From positions 1 to 64,000 of IMG/VR virus record IMGVR_UViG_3300027881_000536: a stretch of 64,000 bases of DNA. The stretch is one strand, 5' to 3'. A model generated the notes under the pieces. It was not told where the DNA came from. It saw only the letters and a list, made by a program, of their open reading frames with translations, and did not search any database. The translations under genes and the position numbers were made by a program. Positions within the stretch are counted from its first letter, which is position 1. Each line of letters starts with the position of its first letter. This DNA is from a virus. Positions 27,060-37,741 of the stretch are shown here, piece after piece.

Positions 27060-29035
27060 TGGCTGGTGAAGACAATAAAGGTGTGGTCAGTAGGTTCATT
27101 GATAGGATAACCGGCAACTACCGCAGGAAGACTACACCTGAACCCATAATGCCGCTTTGGAAGGCGGGCATACAGGAGCCTGTACTAGTCCAGGGTGTGA
27201 GCATACCAGCCCTCTACGCCACAGTGCAGGAGAGCATCATACTCAGAACTACAATCAATACCCTCTGTCAGGAGATATTCAGGAGAGGTCACTATTGGAA
27301 GAAGAAGTTTCACATGAAGTGCTCTCAATGTGAGGAGGAGTATCAACATGATACTGTATCTGAGTGCAGAATGTGTGGAGGGGGTGATTTCCAGTCCCCA
27401 GACGCAGACCAGATATTGTACCCCCGATGGTTTGTCAAACAGAGAAATGGAATGGACCAATCTTTCACTGATGTGTTGAGAGAGGTCGAATGGGACTTGG
27501 ACATTGTCGATGACGGATTCATCGTCCTCATTAAGGAGTATTTCCTCGACCCCGATTCTGGTAAGATTGAGTTTTTCAGAGTTAAGGAAATGATGCGTGG
27601 TGACCCCACTTTCATGAGGATTGTAGCAGATAAGAGAGGGACCAGAGGAGGTAGATATCTCATTTGCCCAGTTCATAGAGATAAGACCTATCCCTTTTCA
27701 AATGAAGACAAAAAGTGTGATATCTGCAATTTAGATTTACAGGATGTTCAGTTCATCAATACTGCCGGTTCAGGAAAGACTCAGTACTATATTGAGGGAG
27801 AAATTGTTCATGTTTCAAAGTATAGCCCTTCTAAACTGTATGGTCGTAGCCCAGTAGCCACAATGTGGAGACAGGCTATGACTCTTACAGCCATGGACAA
27901 TTACATGTATCTGGCTTATCAGAAGCGTAGGATTCCAAGAGGTGTCCTGTCTATCACCACTGATAATATCCAATCTACTGCAGCATTCTGGAAAGGTGCT
28001 GAGGAAAAGATGGAGCGTGACCCCAATTATATCCCCAAGGTGGGTGTGGAGTCTGCTACAGGAAGAGGTCGTGTCGAGTTTGTCAGATTCATGGACACTC
28101 TTGATGAGATGCAATATGGTGCAGTTCGTGATGAACTACGCATGCGTATAGCAGCATTCTATGGAGTCTCAAACATCTTCATGATGGACTCTGGTAAGGG
28201 TGGGGGTCTCAACAACGAAGGTCTGCAAATTCTAGTGACCAACAGGGCTGTAGAGTTTGGACAGAAATTATACTCTCGTGATATCTTCCCAAGGCTCTTT
28301 TCTGAGATGGGTATCACAGATTGGGAGATGACATTATATCCGAATGAGGAGGAGGATGAAGTCACTCGACTCAGAAGGGATGAACAGGAAGTCAATATCG
28401 CTCAGAGGATGGCTCAACTCGGATTCCAACCTGAACTTACTGAGGATGCAGGTAGAGATATCAGATTTGTCTACAAGAAACCAGACCCGCAGGAAGTGGC
28501 TGCTCAACAACAAGCAGCAATGCAGCAAGGTGGAGGTGGAGAGGCGCCCCCACCAGACGCAGGAGGAGGCGGTCCACCACCTGGTATGATGCCACCTCAA
28601 GGTGGTGGTGCTATGCCTCCTGGTGGTGCTATGCCTCCACCACAGATGCACCCAGCAGCAGGTGCAGGTCCAATGGTAGTTCCACCAGCAGGTGGGCCTC
28701 CGGCAGGTGGACCTCCAGCAGGTGCTCCTATGCCCCCTCGAGGAGGAGCGCAGCATACATTCCATCCAGGTGATGCTCGTAGAATGCCCATGATGACTAG
28801 GAAAAGCCTGGGAGCAGGTTCAGATTCTGAAAGTCAAGGCTTGAGACATGGTAAAGTGCCAGGGGTGAAAAACATAAGTGCTCCATCTGGAACCCCATCT
28901 GGTGCTACAACCACTAATCAACGAGGGTCCAAGAAGACATCAATGGAGGAGGCTTTAGATGCAATACAGGATGCTAAGGAGTCTGCGGCTAACCCTCAGG
29001 GAGACAAGAAGAAGAAAGGTGGACTCCCACGATAG
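27059..29035 (+). CDS. Portal protein with Zn-ribbon insertions and Pro/Gly-rich C-tail
   Basis: Position after terL; GDPTFMRIV, YSPSKLYGRSPV, IPRGVL, IAAFYGVSNIFM portal-like motifs; CSQC/CRMC and CPVH/CDIC. Confidence 0.9.
   Translation: MAGEDNKGVVSRFIDRITGNYRRKTTPEPIMPLWKAGIQEPVLVQGVSIPALYATVQESIILRTTINTLCQEIFRRGHYWKKKFHMKCSQCEEEYQHDTVSECRMCGGGDFQSPDADQILYPRWFVKQRNGMDQSFTDVLREVEWDLDIVDDGFIVLIKEYFLDPDSGKIEFFRVKEMMRGDPTFMRIVADKRGTRGGRYLICPVHRDKTYPFSNEDKKCDICNLDLQDVQFINTAGSGKTQYYIEGEIVHVSKYSPSKLYGRSPVATMWRQAMTLTAMDNYMYLAYQKRRIPRGVLSITTDNIQSTAAFWKGAEEKMERDPNYIPKVGVESATGRGRVEFVRFMDTLDEMQYGAVRDELRMRIAAFYGVSNIFMMDSGKGGGLNNEGLQILVTNRAVEFGQKLYSRDIFPRLFSEMGITDWEMTLYPNEEEDEVTRLRRDEQEVNIAQRMAQLGFQPELTEDAGRDIRFVYKKPDPQEVAAQQQAAMQQGGGGEAPPPDAGGGGPPPGMMPPQGGGAMPPGGAMPPPQMHPAAGAGPMVVPPAGGPPAGGPPAGAPMPPRGGAQHTFHPGDARRMPMMTRKSLGAGSDSESQGLRHGKVPGVKNISAPSGTPSGATTTNQRGSKKTSMEEALDAIQDAKESAANPQGDKKKKGGLPR
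28603..28638 (+). repeat. 18-bp coding tandem repeat x2 (GGAMPP)
   Basis: TGGTGGTGCTATGCCTCC twice. Confidence 0.9.
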
Positions 29036-29065
29036 ATTGAAGTGTAGAGGGGGTATCGGATAGCC

Positions 29066-29419
29066 ATGACTGAGCCGATTATCAAGTTGGACCCTATGGT
29101 CAGAAAATTGGAAACTACGATGGCAGAGTTCAAAATGGCTCTGAGAAATGATGACCTAGTGTCTGCTCAACAACTACTTCGTGCGCTTAGTCAGACAAGT
29201 GATTATCTGGCAGAGGATGTGACTTCAATTTACAAGAGCAATACAGAAGCAGACACTACTTTGGGTGTCAATGACATCTATGCTGGTGGTACTCCTGTGA
29301 TGGAGTTCAAGGACCAAGGTTCTATCATCAAAGGGGACCGCCCTCTAGGATATATTGGCCCTGATGGAATTCAGAGCAATTGGCAACCACAATATGGATT
29401 CGGTCAGAGGGTTGACTGA
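29066..29419 (+). CDS. Small head-module protein (scaffold/core-like)
   Basis: 117 aa, helical N-half; PIIK|L, SIYK|S, SIIK|G. Confidence 0.7.
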   Translation: MTEPIIKLDPMVRKLETTMAEFKMALRNDDLVSAQQLLRALSQTSDYLAEDVTSIYKSNTEADTTLGVNDIYAGGTPVMEFKDQGSIIKGDRPLGYIGPDGIQSNWQPQYGFGQRVD

Positions 29420-29778
29420 TGGCAGACGATGTCACTAACTTGGTAGATGCTCTCATCACTAAGATGGAGCGCATGGATGGTGACATTGGTGTTTTACAAG
29501 ACCAGAATCTAGAACTCAAAAAGATGATTTCTAATCCTAGTGCACTTCTACGGAAGGCTGGATATGTTAAGACATCTACTCCTGCTACTGAGGATGTATG
29601 GGGAGACCCTCTTCGTGGTGAAAGAAATGAAGTTATTGAGAAGGCTGCTGTTATGGTAGATGGGATTATGGTAGAACCACCTACTAATAACCAACAGTGG
29701 CATGATATGGGTTGGGAAGAAATTCACGCTATGGCTGAAACAGCCGCAGTAGCAGAAGGAAGGCCGGTGGACCAATGA
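29419..29778 (+). CDS. Small acidic coiled-coil head-module protein
   Basis: 119 aa; LITK|M, VIEK|A; overlapping start/stop. Confidence 0.7.
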   Translation: MADDVTNLVDALITKMERMDGDIGVLQDQNLELKKMISNPSALLRKAGYVKTSTPATEDVWGDPLRGERNEVIEKAAVMVDGIMVEPPTNNQQWHDMGWEEIHAMAETAAVAEGRPVDQ

Positions 29779-30503
29779 AGCCAATGCAGGTAGAAGCAGG
29801 GCAACATGCCCCAGATGTAGATGAACTAGTAGAGAAAGCAGGTAGTATGATGGAGAAGTTACAGATGGATAACTCTCAGATTCGTAATATCACTGGAGTC
29901 GAAGAGGCTCCAATGAACCATTATCATACTAATCAGTATATCGAGGATGCTCCTGAAGATGTTACTAACAAGGGAGCCACTAGTGAGAATGTATCTTTCA
30001 TAGATGCTAACCCTCACCAGTCTGGCTCTACTCTAAATGCTCATGAGAACCCCTCAGGTGGAGACCCACACCCTCCGTCTTCCTATACTCATTCCAGTGT
30101 AGGTAAACCTCCTTCTGACCTTAAGAAAGAGATTCAGATTATTCTCAAGAAGGCTTGCCCCTCTTGTGGCACTGAATGCAGTGGTGGCCTTTGCAAAAAT
30201 GTATCTTGTAGTGTCACCAAGGCGGGCGACCCCTTAGCGGCTTTGGCTGCTCTTGGTGGTGGCGGAAAAGGTGGCCCCCCAATGGGTGGCCCAGATGATG
30301 GTGGTGGACTCCCTGATGACATGCCTCCGGGGGACGATGAACCTTCTGACCCTGAAGGGCTTGCCGCTAAGATAAGTGACCTAGTGGATAAACTCAAAGA
30401 ATTGGCTGCTCCTGGTGGAGATGAGGGGCCACCAATGGGTGACGATATGGGTGGTGGGCCTCCAGGTGGCGGACCTCCGATGGGTGCACCTGCTGGCATG
30501 TGA
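29775..30503 (+). CDS. Acidic, Gly/Pro-rich head-module protein with small Cys cluster
   Basis: LVEK|A, IILKK|A, CPSC...C...C..C, SVTK|A, GGPPMG repeats. Confidence 0.75.
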   Translation: MKPMQVEAGQHAPDVDELVEKAGSMMEKLQMDNSQIRNITGVEEAPMNHYHTNQYIEDAPEDVTNKGATSENVSFIDANPHQSGSTLNAHENPSGGDPHPPSSYTHSSVGKPPSDLKKEIQIILKKACPSCGTECSGGLCKNVSCSVTKAGDPLAALAALGGGGKGGPPMGGPDDGGGLPDDMPPGDDEPSDPEGLAAKISDLVDKLKELAAPGGDEGPPMGDDMGGGPPGGGPPMGAPAGM

Positions 30504-30521
30504 TAGGGTGGTGGTGATGGT

Positions 30522-33500
30522 GTGCGTGAAGGCCCTGAGGACTTTCTCCTAAGTAGCAAAGCACGCTATCAAAACTCCCAAGACGAAGAAGACGCTGCAG
30601 AACTTTTCTTCGCTATACGGAATATGCTCAATCATGGGCTAGATGTCATCTGGGATGACACTATCACTAAGGCAATGGAAGACCTTGAAAAGCCTGGTGA
30701 GACTAGTAAGCGCTCTATGGAAGCGGCTGTTACAAGGACTAAAACTAAGCCCGAGGCTAAACCTCTACCAAAGGTGGAGCCTAGAACAACAGAAGAAACT
30801 AAGCCTTTACCTCCTACACCATTAGAAATTCAGGGCCCTATTCGGTATGTTGACCGATATAGAATAGCCCCTTGGTTGTTCAATCAACAGAAAAGGACTC
30901 TACCTGGAGGTGTCACCGAAGATGGTACTCCTGAAAAAGGGCAGGACATAGCGTTTATGGAAAGCCTCATGATAGGTGGTAGAGAGGCTACTAAACCTGA
31001 TAGTCCTGTCATCCCCAGTAGGTATTTCGATATCCAATCTCATATGTACTACATTGACAATTATGGGAATAGAGTCAATTTCACAATGAAGGATTTAGAC
31101 CCTAGCATTTGGCTTGAAGGGCCTGAAGGTTGGGGTGGTGATGAAAAGAGTGTGAAAGAATGGGAAGAAGACCCTTTGAAATGGCTGAGAGACCATGCAG
31201 ATGAGAATGTACCAACGCAGTCCGGGGGTAATAAGGGTATCAAGTTTAGAGATTACTTGCGCCCATTAATTGGCCGACCTGAGTATACTGGTGAAAGAAG
31301 ATTCGAGCATGGTGATAACACTACTGATTTTAGGAGTAAGAAGGGGAGAGAACTAATTCCTCATAAATCACTTAATTCATTAGACCCTATACAAGCACTG
31401 CATTTCTTTAGTGATTCACCAGTTCTTGAGAATTCGGCTAGCAAATTCCATTCAGAGTTTCTTAACCCGGATAGTCCTCATCATGTGCGTTCAGTAGAAG
31501 CAGCCGTCAAGAAGAAGAATGACTCTTTGAAAGAGATGATGGGAGTTAATTGGGGGCAAAAAGGGCATGAAACTCATCACCAAGATAGAAGGGCGATTAA
31601 CAGTCAGGGAGAGATAGCCGGCGATGATGTATCCCCGTCCTATACCTTTACTAGGATGTATGAGGATTACTATAGTGATTGGCTTAGAAGGAATGGTTCT
31701 AGATTGAGAAAGGATATGAGTGACAAAGACAAGAGGATATTATTCTCACATTGGTATGATTTGGAATATGATATAGGACAAGGTCATGATGATTATATCG
31801 CTCAGAGACTTCTTCGTACCGATAAGAGAATGAGGAAACGCTACAAGCGTGCCGATGTGACGCTTGACCCAGAATTCCAACATAGAAGAGATGACGAATC
31901 TAGTCATCATCGTGTTGGTCTCATTCCTCAACTCTTAGGTTTGCAATTGGCTAGTCCTGAACATCGGATGTACGCTATTGCAGACCTGTTCTCTTACCTC
32001 AAACAGCATGAGGAAGGTGGCCATCATCCGATAGATGACCCTATTGAGGATAGAAAACAGGATGCTGCAGATAATGCTGGTGGGTTGAGGGTCGACGAAT
32101 TGATTGACCATATGTATTCGGCTCTAGGTAAGAACATGACGGCTATCGCCAATAATGTAATGGGTCACCCATTAGACCCTGAAGGGACTCATATACCACC
32201 GTACTTTGACAAGCACTCACGAGTTAAACAATCAATAATCAGAGAGGGTTTGGAACTAGCGCATTTGTCACCACTGTCTCCTGATTTCAAGAAGAAGAGA
32301 GGTAATAAGTCTGGTTATGATACTCCAGAAGGTGGTAGAACTAGTCAGAAGAGTATGGCTCAAATCATGAAAGTCCTTGATTTGCTTGATGAAGTAGGAG
32401 TACCAAAGGGGTGGAATATCGACAATCCTGACATCATGGAGGAATTTGATAGAGTAGTTCTTCCTTATCTTGATAACAAATTCAAGAATAGTGCTCGAGA
32501 TAGATTCGAGAGTTGGTTTCACACAGACCCTAAAGCCAAGTTGAGAGGGAGGGCTAGAGAATATCAATCAGCCATGGCTCATGATAATTGGTCTTTGGAA
32601 GCGAGAGTAGAAGGCGAGACATCGGAACCACATGAGATTACTGAGAATCATGACATGAGTCCTTCTTGGTTATGGCACCACAGTTTACCAAAGACTGGGT
32701 ATAATTTGTATGGGCCTGATATTGCTGAGATTCTCTATGGGGTTATCCCTTGTCTTGGTGAGAAGGTGAAAAATAGTGAGAAGATACTTTTCGATTCGAT
32801 GGGCACTCGCCCTCCTCATTTTGACAAAGAGAAGAGTAATGAGCATCCTGATAATTATGACTATGCAGAGTGGCTAAAGGGGATTGGTAATGGTCCAGCA
32901 CCAGAGACTTGGGATAATGACCCTAGTATACCATTCACAGAAAAAGGTGGTATGTCAGGTTTAGCCATGGAGATTGATGCCTATCTAAGAGGTGGTGAGT
33001 TGGGACCAATAATGGGAGAAGTCTACAAGAGATTCTACGGTGATTTACCCCTTAATCCTCACAAGGGTGATTTCGTAAGTAGACTCTTGAAAGGGCGCCT
33101 TGGGGAGGTTTATGGTGAACATGAAGAGGCTACAATGGCAGAAGACTCACCAGAGCGAGCCAGACAAATAGGTATGACAGAAATGAAAGATGTCACTGGT
33201 GAGAGTGCAGTTGGTGAGCGTTCTAGTGGGTATGGGGTTAGAGTGGCTGGACCTTCTGAAGTGACAAGGAGAAAGGAGGCTGACATAGCAGGGGCTCCAG
33301 ATACACTGCCGAAATCTATCGTAGAAAATTACCCCCTAGGTAGGCGACCTCTCAATGAGAGGATACTTAGGATGATGCTTCCTATTGCTGGTGCTAAAGA
33401 TACTTTCTTCTTGAGAGAGGCATTACAAATGGGGCTTAGAGAGCCAGCGTTACAATTGCTAGAAGCGTTACGAAAGAAATGGGGCGGGGCTGCTGTACCG

Positions 33501-36500
33501 AAAAATGAAATGGAAGACCGCTTACTTACTATGGATGAGGCTGTTGATAGAAGGACAGATGAACTAGGGCAGATGGTTGACAGGGCGACTATTCTAAGAG
33601 GTTCATCAGGAGGCATAGTTTTCCCTTATCATAATCGTGGCCTTATAATGCCTGCAGATACTCTGAGGATGATAGAACTAGGGCAGATGTATCCTGGCTT
33701 GGTCAACCAGAGTAACCATGACGGCTATAGGGATGAGGGGGCCAGTAGAGGTTCTGCAATTCTAGACCAACTTGGTCGTAGTGGAGTTACAGAGAACAGA
33801 GGGCTGACTGCTGCTATGTTGGGATTACTTTGCTCAGCATTGATGGGTGGTGGCTCTGCTGAACCTTGGTCATTTGAACATAGAGGGAATGAGAAGGCTT
33901 TGGTTGTAGACCACCCTGGACAATGGGGAGATGAATTCATGGGAAATTTGGCTAATTGGATTCGTAAGCAGCCACATCCACACATTGAGGGAGAGGAAAT
34001 TGGAAACCAATTAGGTGGTTGGGAGAATGAAGATTGGCGTCATCGTGTGGCTGACAAGAGATTCATCTACCCTGTCAATAAGCACATGAATGATGAGGGC
34101 ATAGAGGAATATAGATTACCTTTCAAGAAGACCGGTGGTAAGCATGGTCTGCAATTCAAGGTTCCTGATTTAGATGTATGCAGTCCTTATCCCGAGAAAG
34201 CATTAGGAGATGGATTGAGTTTTTCGCACCCATTCAGTATACAAAACCAATTGCAGGATATAGTCGGCTCCAGAGGTATCTATCCTTCTTGGACTACACC
34301 TAGAGATGGAGAACAGCATATCCAATCCATGCCTAAGCCGTGGATGGTGATTCCCAAAGAGAGTATCATAAATTACAATGGGCAAGACTATGTTGTTGCT
34401 GAACACCCTTCTGTAATCAAGGACGAGTTTAGTAACTATCTATCTGATTATGATAAGAGTCAAGGTAACAAACAACATAAGGACCTGATACTAGGACTTC
34501 GGAGAGAGGCTAAAAATATGGCTCCCAAGATGGAGGGGGGATGGGAGAAGAGTGAGAAGCAACGAGGATGGATGATGACCATGGAAATGTTGACTAGGGC
34601 TGTGGGGACAGGTCACCAAGCGGCTAAGGCCGTTTTACCTTTCATAATGGCCCACCTTGCTTCTAATCATACCCCTGATATAGAACAAGGAAATCAAAGT
34701 GAGTCTCAATGGAAGTTGGATGATTTCACGGAGAAGTATCTAAGGCAGCACAAAGGAGATACTTCTGAGGAGGCTCAAAGGAAATATGCTACATTATGCC
34801 ACTTGTACGAATTGGCTTGGAATTATGCAGACCGTCATGGCCCTGTTAAAAGAGGCTTATTCCTTGAGCAATTAGAGAAGCAAGGTCATAACTTCACTGA
34901 TGAACAGAAGGAAGGATTCCTAAGTCCTGATTTGAATGTGAACAGTGTGCAAGGTCATAAGGAATTCGTCATGCCCAAACATGGGATGGACACAAACCAT
35001 CCTTTCTATGAGGCCTTCCACGAAGGTATAGGGCAGAATGTAGAAGGATTGAACCTTCTGCGTGCTTTTACCAACAAACGATATGGAGATGATGAACGAT
35101 ATGAAGGATTGATGGATGCAATTGAAGATATCATGAATCAACATTTCTCTTGGGGTTCTGAATCGGTTGGTCAACCTGGCTTGGCTCCAGAGGACTGGAA
35201 AACGAAAAGCGGTCAACCTATGTCCTTCAAATTAAAGAAATTATTCGAGACTTCACAACAGGACCATGACAAAGCCATGTATCAAGCAGACCATTATGAG
35301 AAAGGTCTGGATGGAGGTGATGACCCTCTTTGGTATATTCCAGAGTCTGACGCTCCATTTTCAGATGAGCATCCTGAGCATAGGACGAAGAATGTGGAGA
35401 GGGCTAAAAGGGGTAGTAGGGCTCAGATGTCCTTGAATACAAAAAGCATCTTGAATACTGTAGGTGATGAGCACGATTCAGATTATAGTATAGAGGACCA
35501 TAGAACACTCAATCAATTCATAGTTGCTATGGGGCCTGTGATTAAGGATTTGGTAAGTGAACTAGATAAGGTTAATTATCTGCCAGAACACGCTTCACAC
35601 CAACGATTTGATGAGAATGACCCCCAAGATGTAATGAGAGAATATTGTAGACTTTTGTTCCTTCGGGGTCGTATCAATCCCAAGTATCAACCTAGGCCTT
35701 GGTCATATCGCTCTTCTGGTATGAAACAGATAGGTGATGATAGCGAGCCTGGTGTGATAAATCTTAATAGAACACGACTCTCGAATCTATCTAGTGTCCA
35801 TGCACATGATTCATTCCACCAGTCAGAAGTTATGCCTTTCACTATGGATGTCGAGAATCATATACCTGACCTTCATAGTAGAGGGTCTCCTACTCCCCCT
35901 TGGGATATTGGTGTAGGTGGTGAGTACCAGAACAATTCTCAAGACCCTACAAGAGACCAACGCTTGGGCCATGAGGAGATGCAAGAGGGAAAGAGAGATA
36001 CAGCCATTGCTACTCCCTATAGGACTGTCCACTCTAATATTCTTAATTCAGCATTCGGTCAGAGACTTGCTATTACTGGGGATAACTCTAACATTGGAGC
36101 GTCACTCCAGTATACGGAGGATGATGAGGTGAGGTATTCGTTGGATGTTTTGACTGATGTAGACTTGCTCCTGAAAGAGGAAGAAAGGGATAAGGGTAAA
36201 CCTGCTCCTGTTAAAGCCATGCATCGTATCTTTGACCTTGATGATTTAGAGTATCTCAGAGGGTTTTCTGATGATTGGGTAGTTACTTCATGGCCTGCTG
36301 GTACAAGAGTTATTGTAGAGAAGAAAGGTAAGAAGGTTAAAGCCCGAGATGCAGAAGGTAAATCTGTTACTCTACCCAATGAAATTAAGACCGGTGTTAA
36401 AGATGCTCATGACAAGGATTTCTTAATAGATGCCATTTGGGATGAAGACAGATTATGTATTGTGGATATCTTGGAATGTGAAGATGATGATTTGTGTAAT

Positions 36501-37709
36501 AAGCCCACCAAAGATAGAGTCAGGCATCTAAGGGCTCACTTTGAGTCTACTGAGAAGGTTAGTACTCCAGCACCAGTAAATACGAAGAGAGTTGATGGGC
36601 AGGGTCTCAAGAGAGCAGTCAAGGACCTCATGAAGGAACCTGATGTAAAGCAGGTCCTATTGAGAGATGCTGAGTCCACTTACATGCGTGGAGAAATGAG
36701 GCACCCAAAATGGGTATTACTTACGCCAGACCATCAAATTGATGTTTTAATTCTATCTTCCTCTGGGGTTGATAACCATCTGATTGGAGTTGGGCCATTG
36801 TATGAACAGGATGCTAAGGCAATTGGTAACAGGGCGGTTCGTTATGATGGGGATTATTACATGGATGTAGGTACAGTCTCGCGTTCAGGTTTGGAAGAGG
36901 GGATGTACATAACTGTGAAGACATCAGGTATTTCTCATTCGGCTAGAAGGAATTATTCAGTTTACCGATTAAATGCACCTCGTTATCTGAGAGAATCTGA
37001 GAGTGGAGCGACTGACAGTGTAGAGACTTTGGAGATACTGCGTCACAGGCAGGAAGGTAATGTACCTCACAAGGTTCGGATTAAGAAAGGGAGAATCCAC
37101 ATAGATGTACCTACAGGACATGTAGTCTATGAAACAGAAGTGTCTGGGAATGCATTTCTTTTGAAAGATGTAGATTCCCCAGATGATTATACTCTAAGAG
37201 TGACTCAAAGCCAAATGGAATATTGGTCACCGCTGGCTGCAGTTCTTTTGCGTTCTGAAAGAGAGGGAGAGAAGGAAGAGATAGAACCAGAGCCTGCGGC
37301 TAATCATGATAAGAAGCCAAAGAAGGTGCTACCGAAAAGAGATGAGTTGCTCAAAGACCCTGAAGTCGTCAAGACTGTAGTTCTAGCATTAGAGACAGTA
37401 GATGGTATGCTCAAAGAGAAGGTTACTTGGACTGGTCCTAAGGCTCTAGGTATTGATTATGGTACTCCCATAGAATCACCTCATGGGCCTACTGATATAA
37501 CTGAACCATATGATATGCCTGACCATGACCCTGCTGCTAGACAGTCTGAACCTAAGGCATGTTGGTGTGGTGCTGAAAAGGGAGAAGAATGTAAACAAGG
37601 CATGGGTCACGATATGGAAGATTGCCCCAAGGCTAGACCACCAGATAGTGATGAAAAGCCAGAACATCTCACCGTTTCTCAGGATTCTCGCGATGTTTCT
37701 TCCGTGTGA
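30522..37709 (+). CDS. Giant 2395-aa protein with C-terminal degenerate ATP-dependent DNA ligase (NTase+OB) fold
   Basis: ~36200-37030: WVVTSWPAGTRV (motif I), FLIDAI (III), IVDIL (IIIa), KQVLLR (IV), STYMRG...KWVLL (V), then OB-like strands; catalytic Lys replaced by Trp. Confidence 0.85.
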   Translation: MREGPEDFLLSSKARYQNSQDEEDAAELFFAIRNMLNHGLDVIWDDTITKAMEDLEKPGETSKRSMEAAVTRTKTKPEAKPLPKVEPRTTEETKPLPPTPLEIQGPIRYVDRYRIAPWLFNQQKRTLPGGVTEDGTPEKGQDIAFMESLMIGGREATKPDSPVIPSRYFDIQSHMYYIDNYGNRVNFTMKDLDPSIWLEGPEGWGGDEKSVKEWEEDPLKWLRDHADENVPTQSGGNKGIKFRDYLRPLIGRPEYTGERRFEHGDNTTDFRSKKGRELIPHKSLNSLDPIQALHFFSDSPVLENSASKFHSEFLNPDSPHHVRSVEAAVKKKNDSLKEMMGVNWGQKGHETHHQDRRAINSQGEIAGDDVSPSYTFTRMYEDYYSDWLRRNGSRLRKDMSDKDKRILFSHWYDLEYDIGQGHDDYIAQRLLRTDKRMRKRYKRADVTLDPEFQHRRDDESSHHRVGLIPQLLGLQLASPEHRMYAIADLFSYLKQHEEGGHHPIDDPIEDRKQDAADNAGGLRVDELIDHMYSALGKNMTAIANNVMGHPLDPEGTHIPPYFDKHSRVKQSIIREGLELAHLSPLSPDFKKKRGNKSGYDTPEGGRTSQKSMAQIMKVLDLLDEVGVPKGWNIDNPDIMEEFDRVVLPYLDNKFKNSARDRFESWFHTDPKAKLRGRAREYQSAMAHDNWSLEARVEGETSEPHEITENHDMSPSWLWHHSLPKTGYNLYGPDIAEILYGVIPCLGEKVKNSEKILFDSMGTRPPHFDKEKSNEHPDNYDYAEWLKGIGNGPAPETWDNDPSIPFTEKGGMSGLAMEIDAYLRGGELGPIMGEVYKRFYGDLPLNPHKGDFVSRLLKGRLGEVYGEHEEATMAEDSPERARQIGMTEMKDVTGESAVGERSSGYGVRVAGPSEVTRRKEADIAGAPDTLPKSIVENYPLGRRPLNERILRMMLPIAGAKDTFFLREALQMGLREPALQLLEALRKKWGGAAVPKNEMEDRLLTMDEAVDRRTDELGQMVDRATILRGSSGGIVFPYHNRGLIMPADTLRMIELGQMYPGLVNQSNHDGYRDEGASRGSAILDQLGRSGVTENRGLTAAMLGLLCSALMGGGSAEPWSFEHRGNEKALVVDHPGQWGDEFMGNLANWIRKQPHPHIEGEEIGNQLGGWENEDWRHRVADKRFIYPVNKHMNDEGIEEYRLPFKKTGGKHGLQFKVPDLDVCSPYPEKALGDGLSFSHPFSIQNQLQDIVGSRGIYPSWTTPRDGEQHIQSMPKPWMVIPKESIINYNGQDYVVAEHPSVIKDEFSNYLSDYDKSQGNKQHKDLILGLRREAKNMAPKMEGGWEKSEKQRGWMMTMEMLTRAVGTGHQAAKAVLPFIMAHLASNHTPDIEQGNQSESQWKLDDFTEKYLRQHKGDTSEEAQRKYATLCHLYELAWNYADRHGPVKRGLFLEQLEKQGHNFTDEQKEGFLSPDLNVNSVQGHKEFVMPKHGMDTNHPFYEAFHEGIGQNVEGLNLLRAFTNKRYGDDERYEGLMDAIEDIMNQHFSWGSESVGQPGLAPEDWKTKSGQPMSFKLKKLFETSQQDHDKAMYQADHYEKGLDGGDDPLWYIPESDAPFSDEHPEHRTKNVERAKRGSRAQMSLNTKSILNTVGDEHDSDYSIEDHRTLNQFIVAMGPVIKDLVSELDKVNYLPEHASHQRFDENDPQDVMREYCRLLFLRGRINPKYQPRPWSYRSSGMKQIGDDSEPGVINLNRTRLSNLSSVHAHDSFHQSEVMPFTMDVENHIPDLHSRGSPTPPWDIGVGGEYQNNSQDPTRDQRLGHEEMQEGKRDTAIATPYRTVHSNILNSAFGQRLAITGDNSNIGASLQYTEDDEVRYSLDVLTDVDLLLKEEERDKGKPAPVKAMHRIFDLDDLEYLRGFSDDWVVTSWPAGTRVIVEKKGKKVKARDAEGKSVTLPNEIKTGVKDAHDKDFLIDAIWDEDRLCIVDILECEDDDLCNKPTKDRVRHLRAHFESTEKVSTPAPVNTKRVDGQGLKRAVKDLMKEPDVKQVLLRDAESTYMRGEMRHPKWVLLTPDHQIDVLILSSSGVDNHLIGVGPLYEQDAKAIGNRAVRYDGDYYMDVGTVSRSGLEEGMYITVKTSGISHSARRNYSVYRLNAPRYLRESESGATDSVETLEILRHRQEGNVPHKVRIKKGRIHIDVPTGHVVYETEVSGNAFLLKDVDSPDDYTLRVTQSQMEYWSPLAAVLLRSEREGEKEEIEPEPAANHDKKPKKVLPKRDELLKDPEVVKTVVLALETVDGMLKEKVTWTGPKALGIDYGTPIESPHGPTDITEPYDMPDHDPAARQSEPKACWCGAEKGEECKQGMGHDMEDCPKARPPDSDEKPEHLTVSQDSRDVSSV

Positions 37710-37741
37710 TTCAAATACCATAAGAACCCGTTGTTTGGGCA

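Noticed and set aside
36200-37030. Annotating the 2395-aa protein as an active DNA ligase
   Set aside because: Motif I Lys and Asp and motif IV/V Glu/Lys are substituted.
5784-37709. Giant proteins as virion RNA polymerases
   Set aside because: No DxDGD/DFDxD metal-binding loop found; nearest strings are MLDGDN (~14275) and RYDGDY (~36840, inside the OB-like part), both lacking the first Asp and context. No T7-type motifs seen. A structure search could still overturn this.
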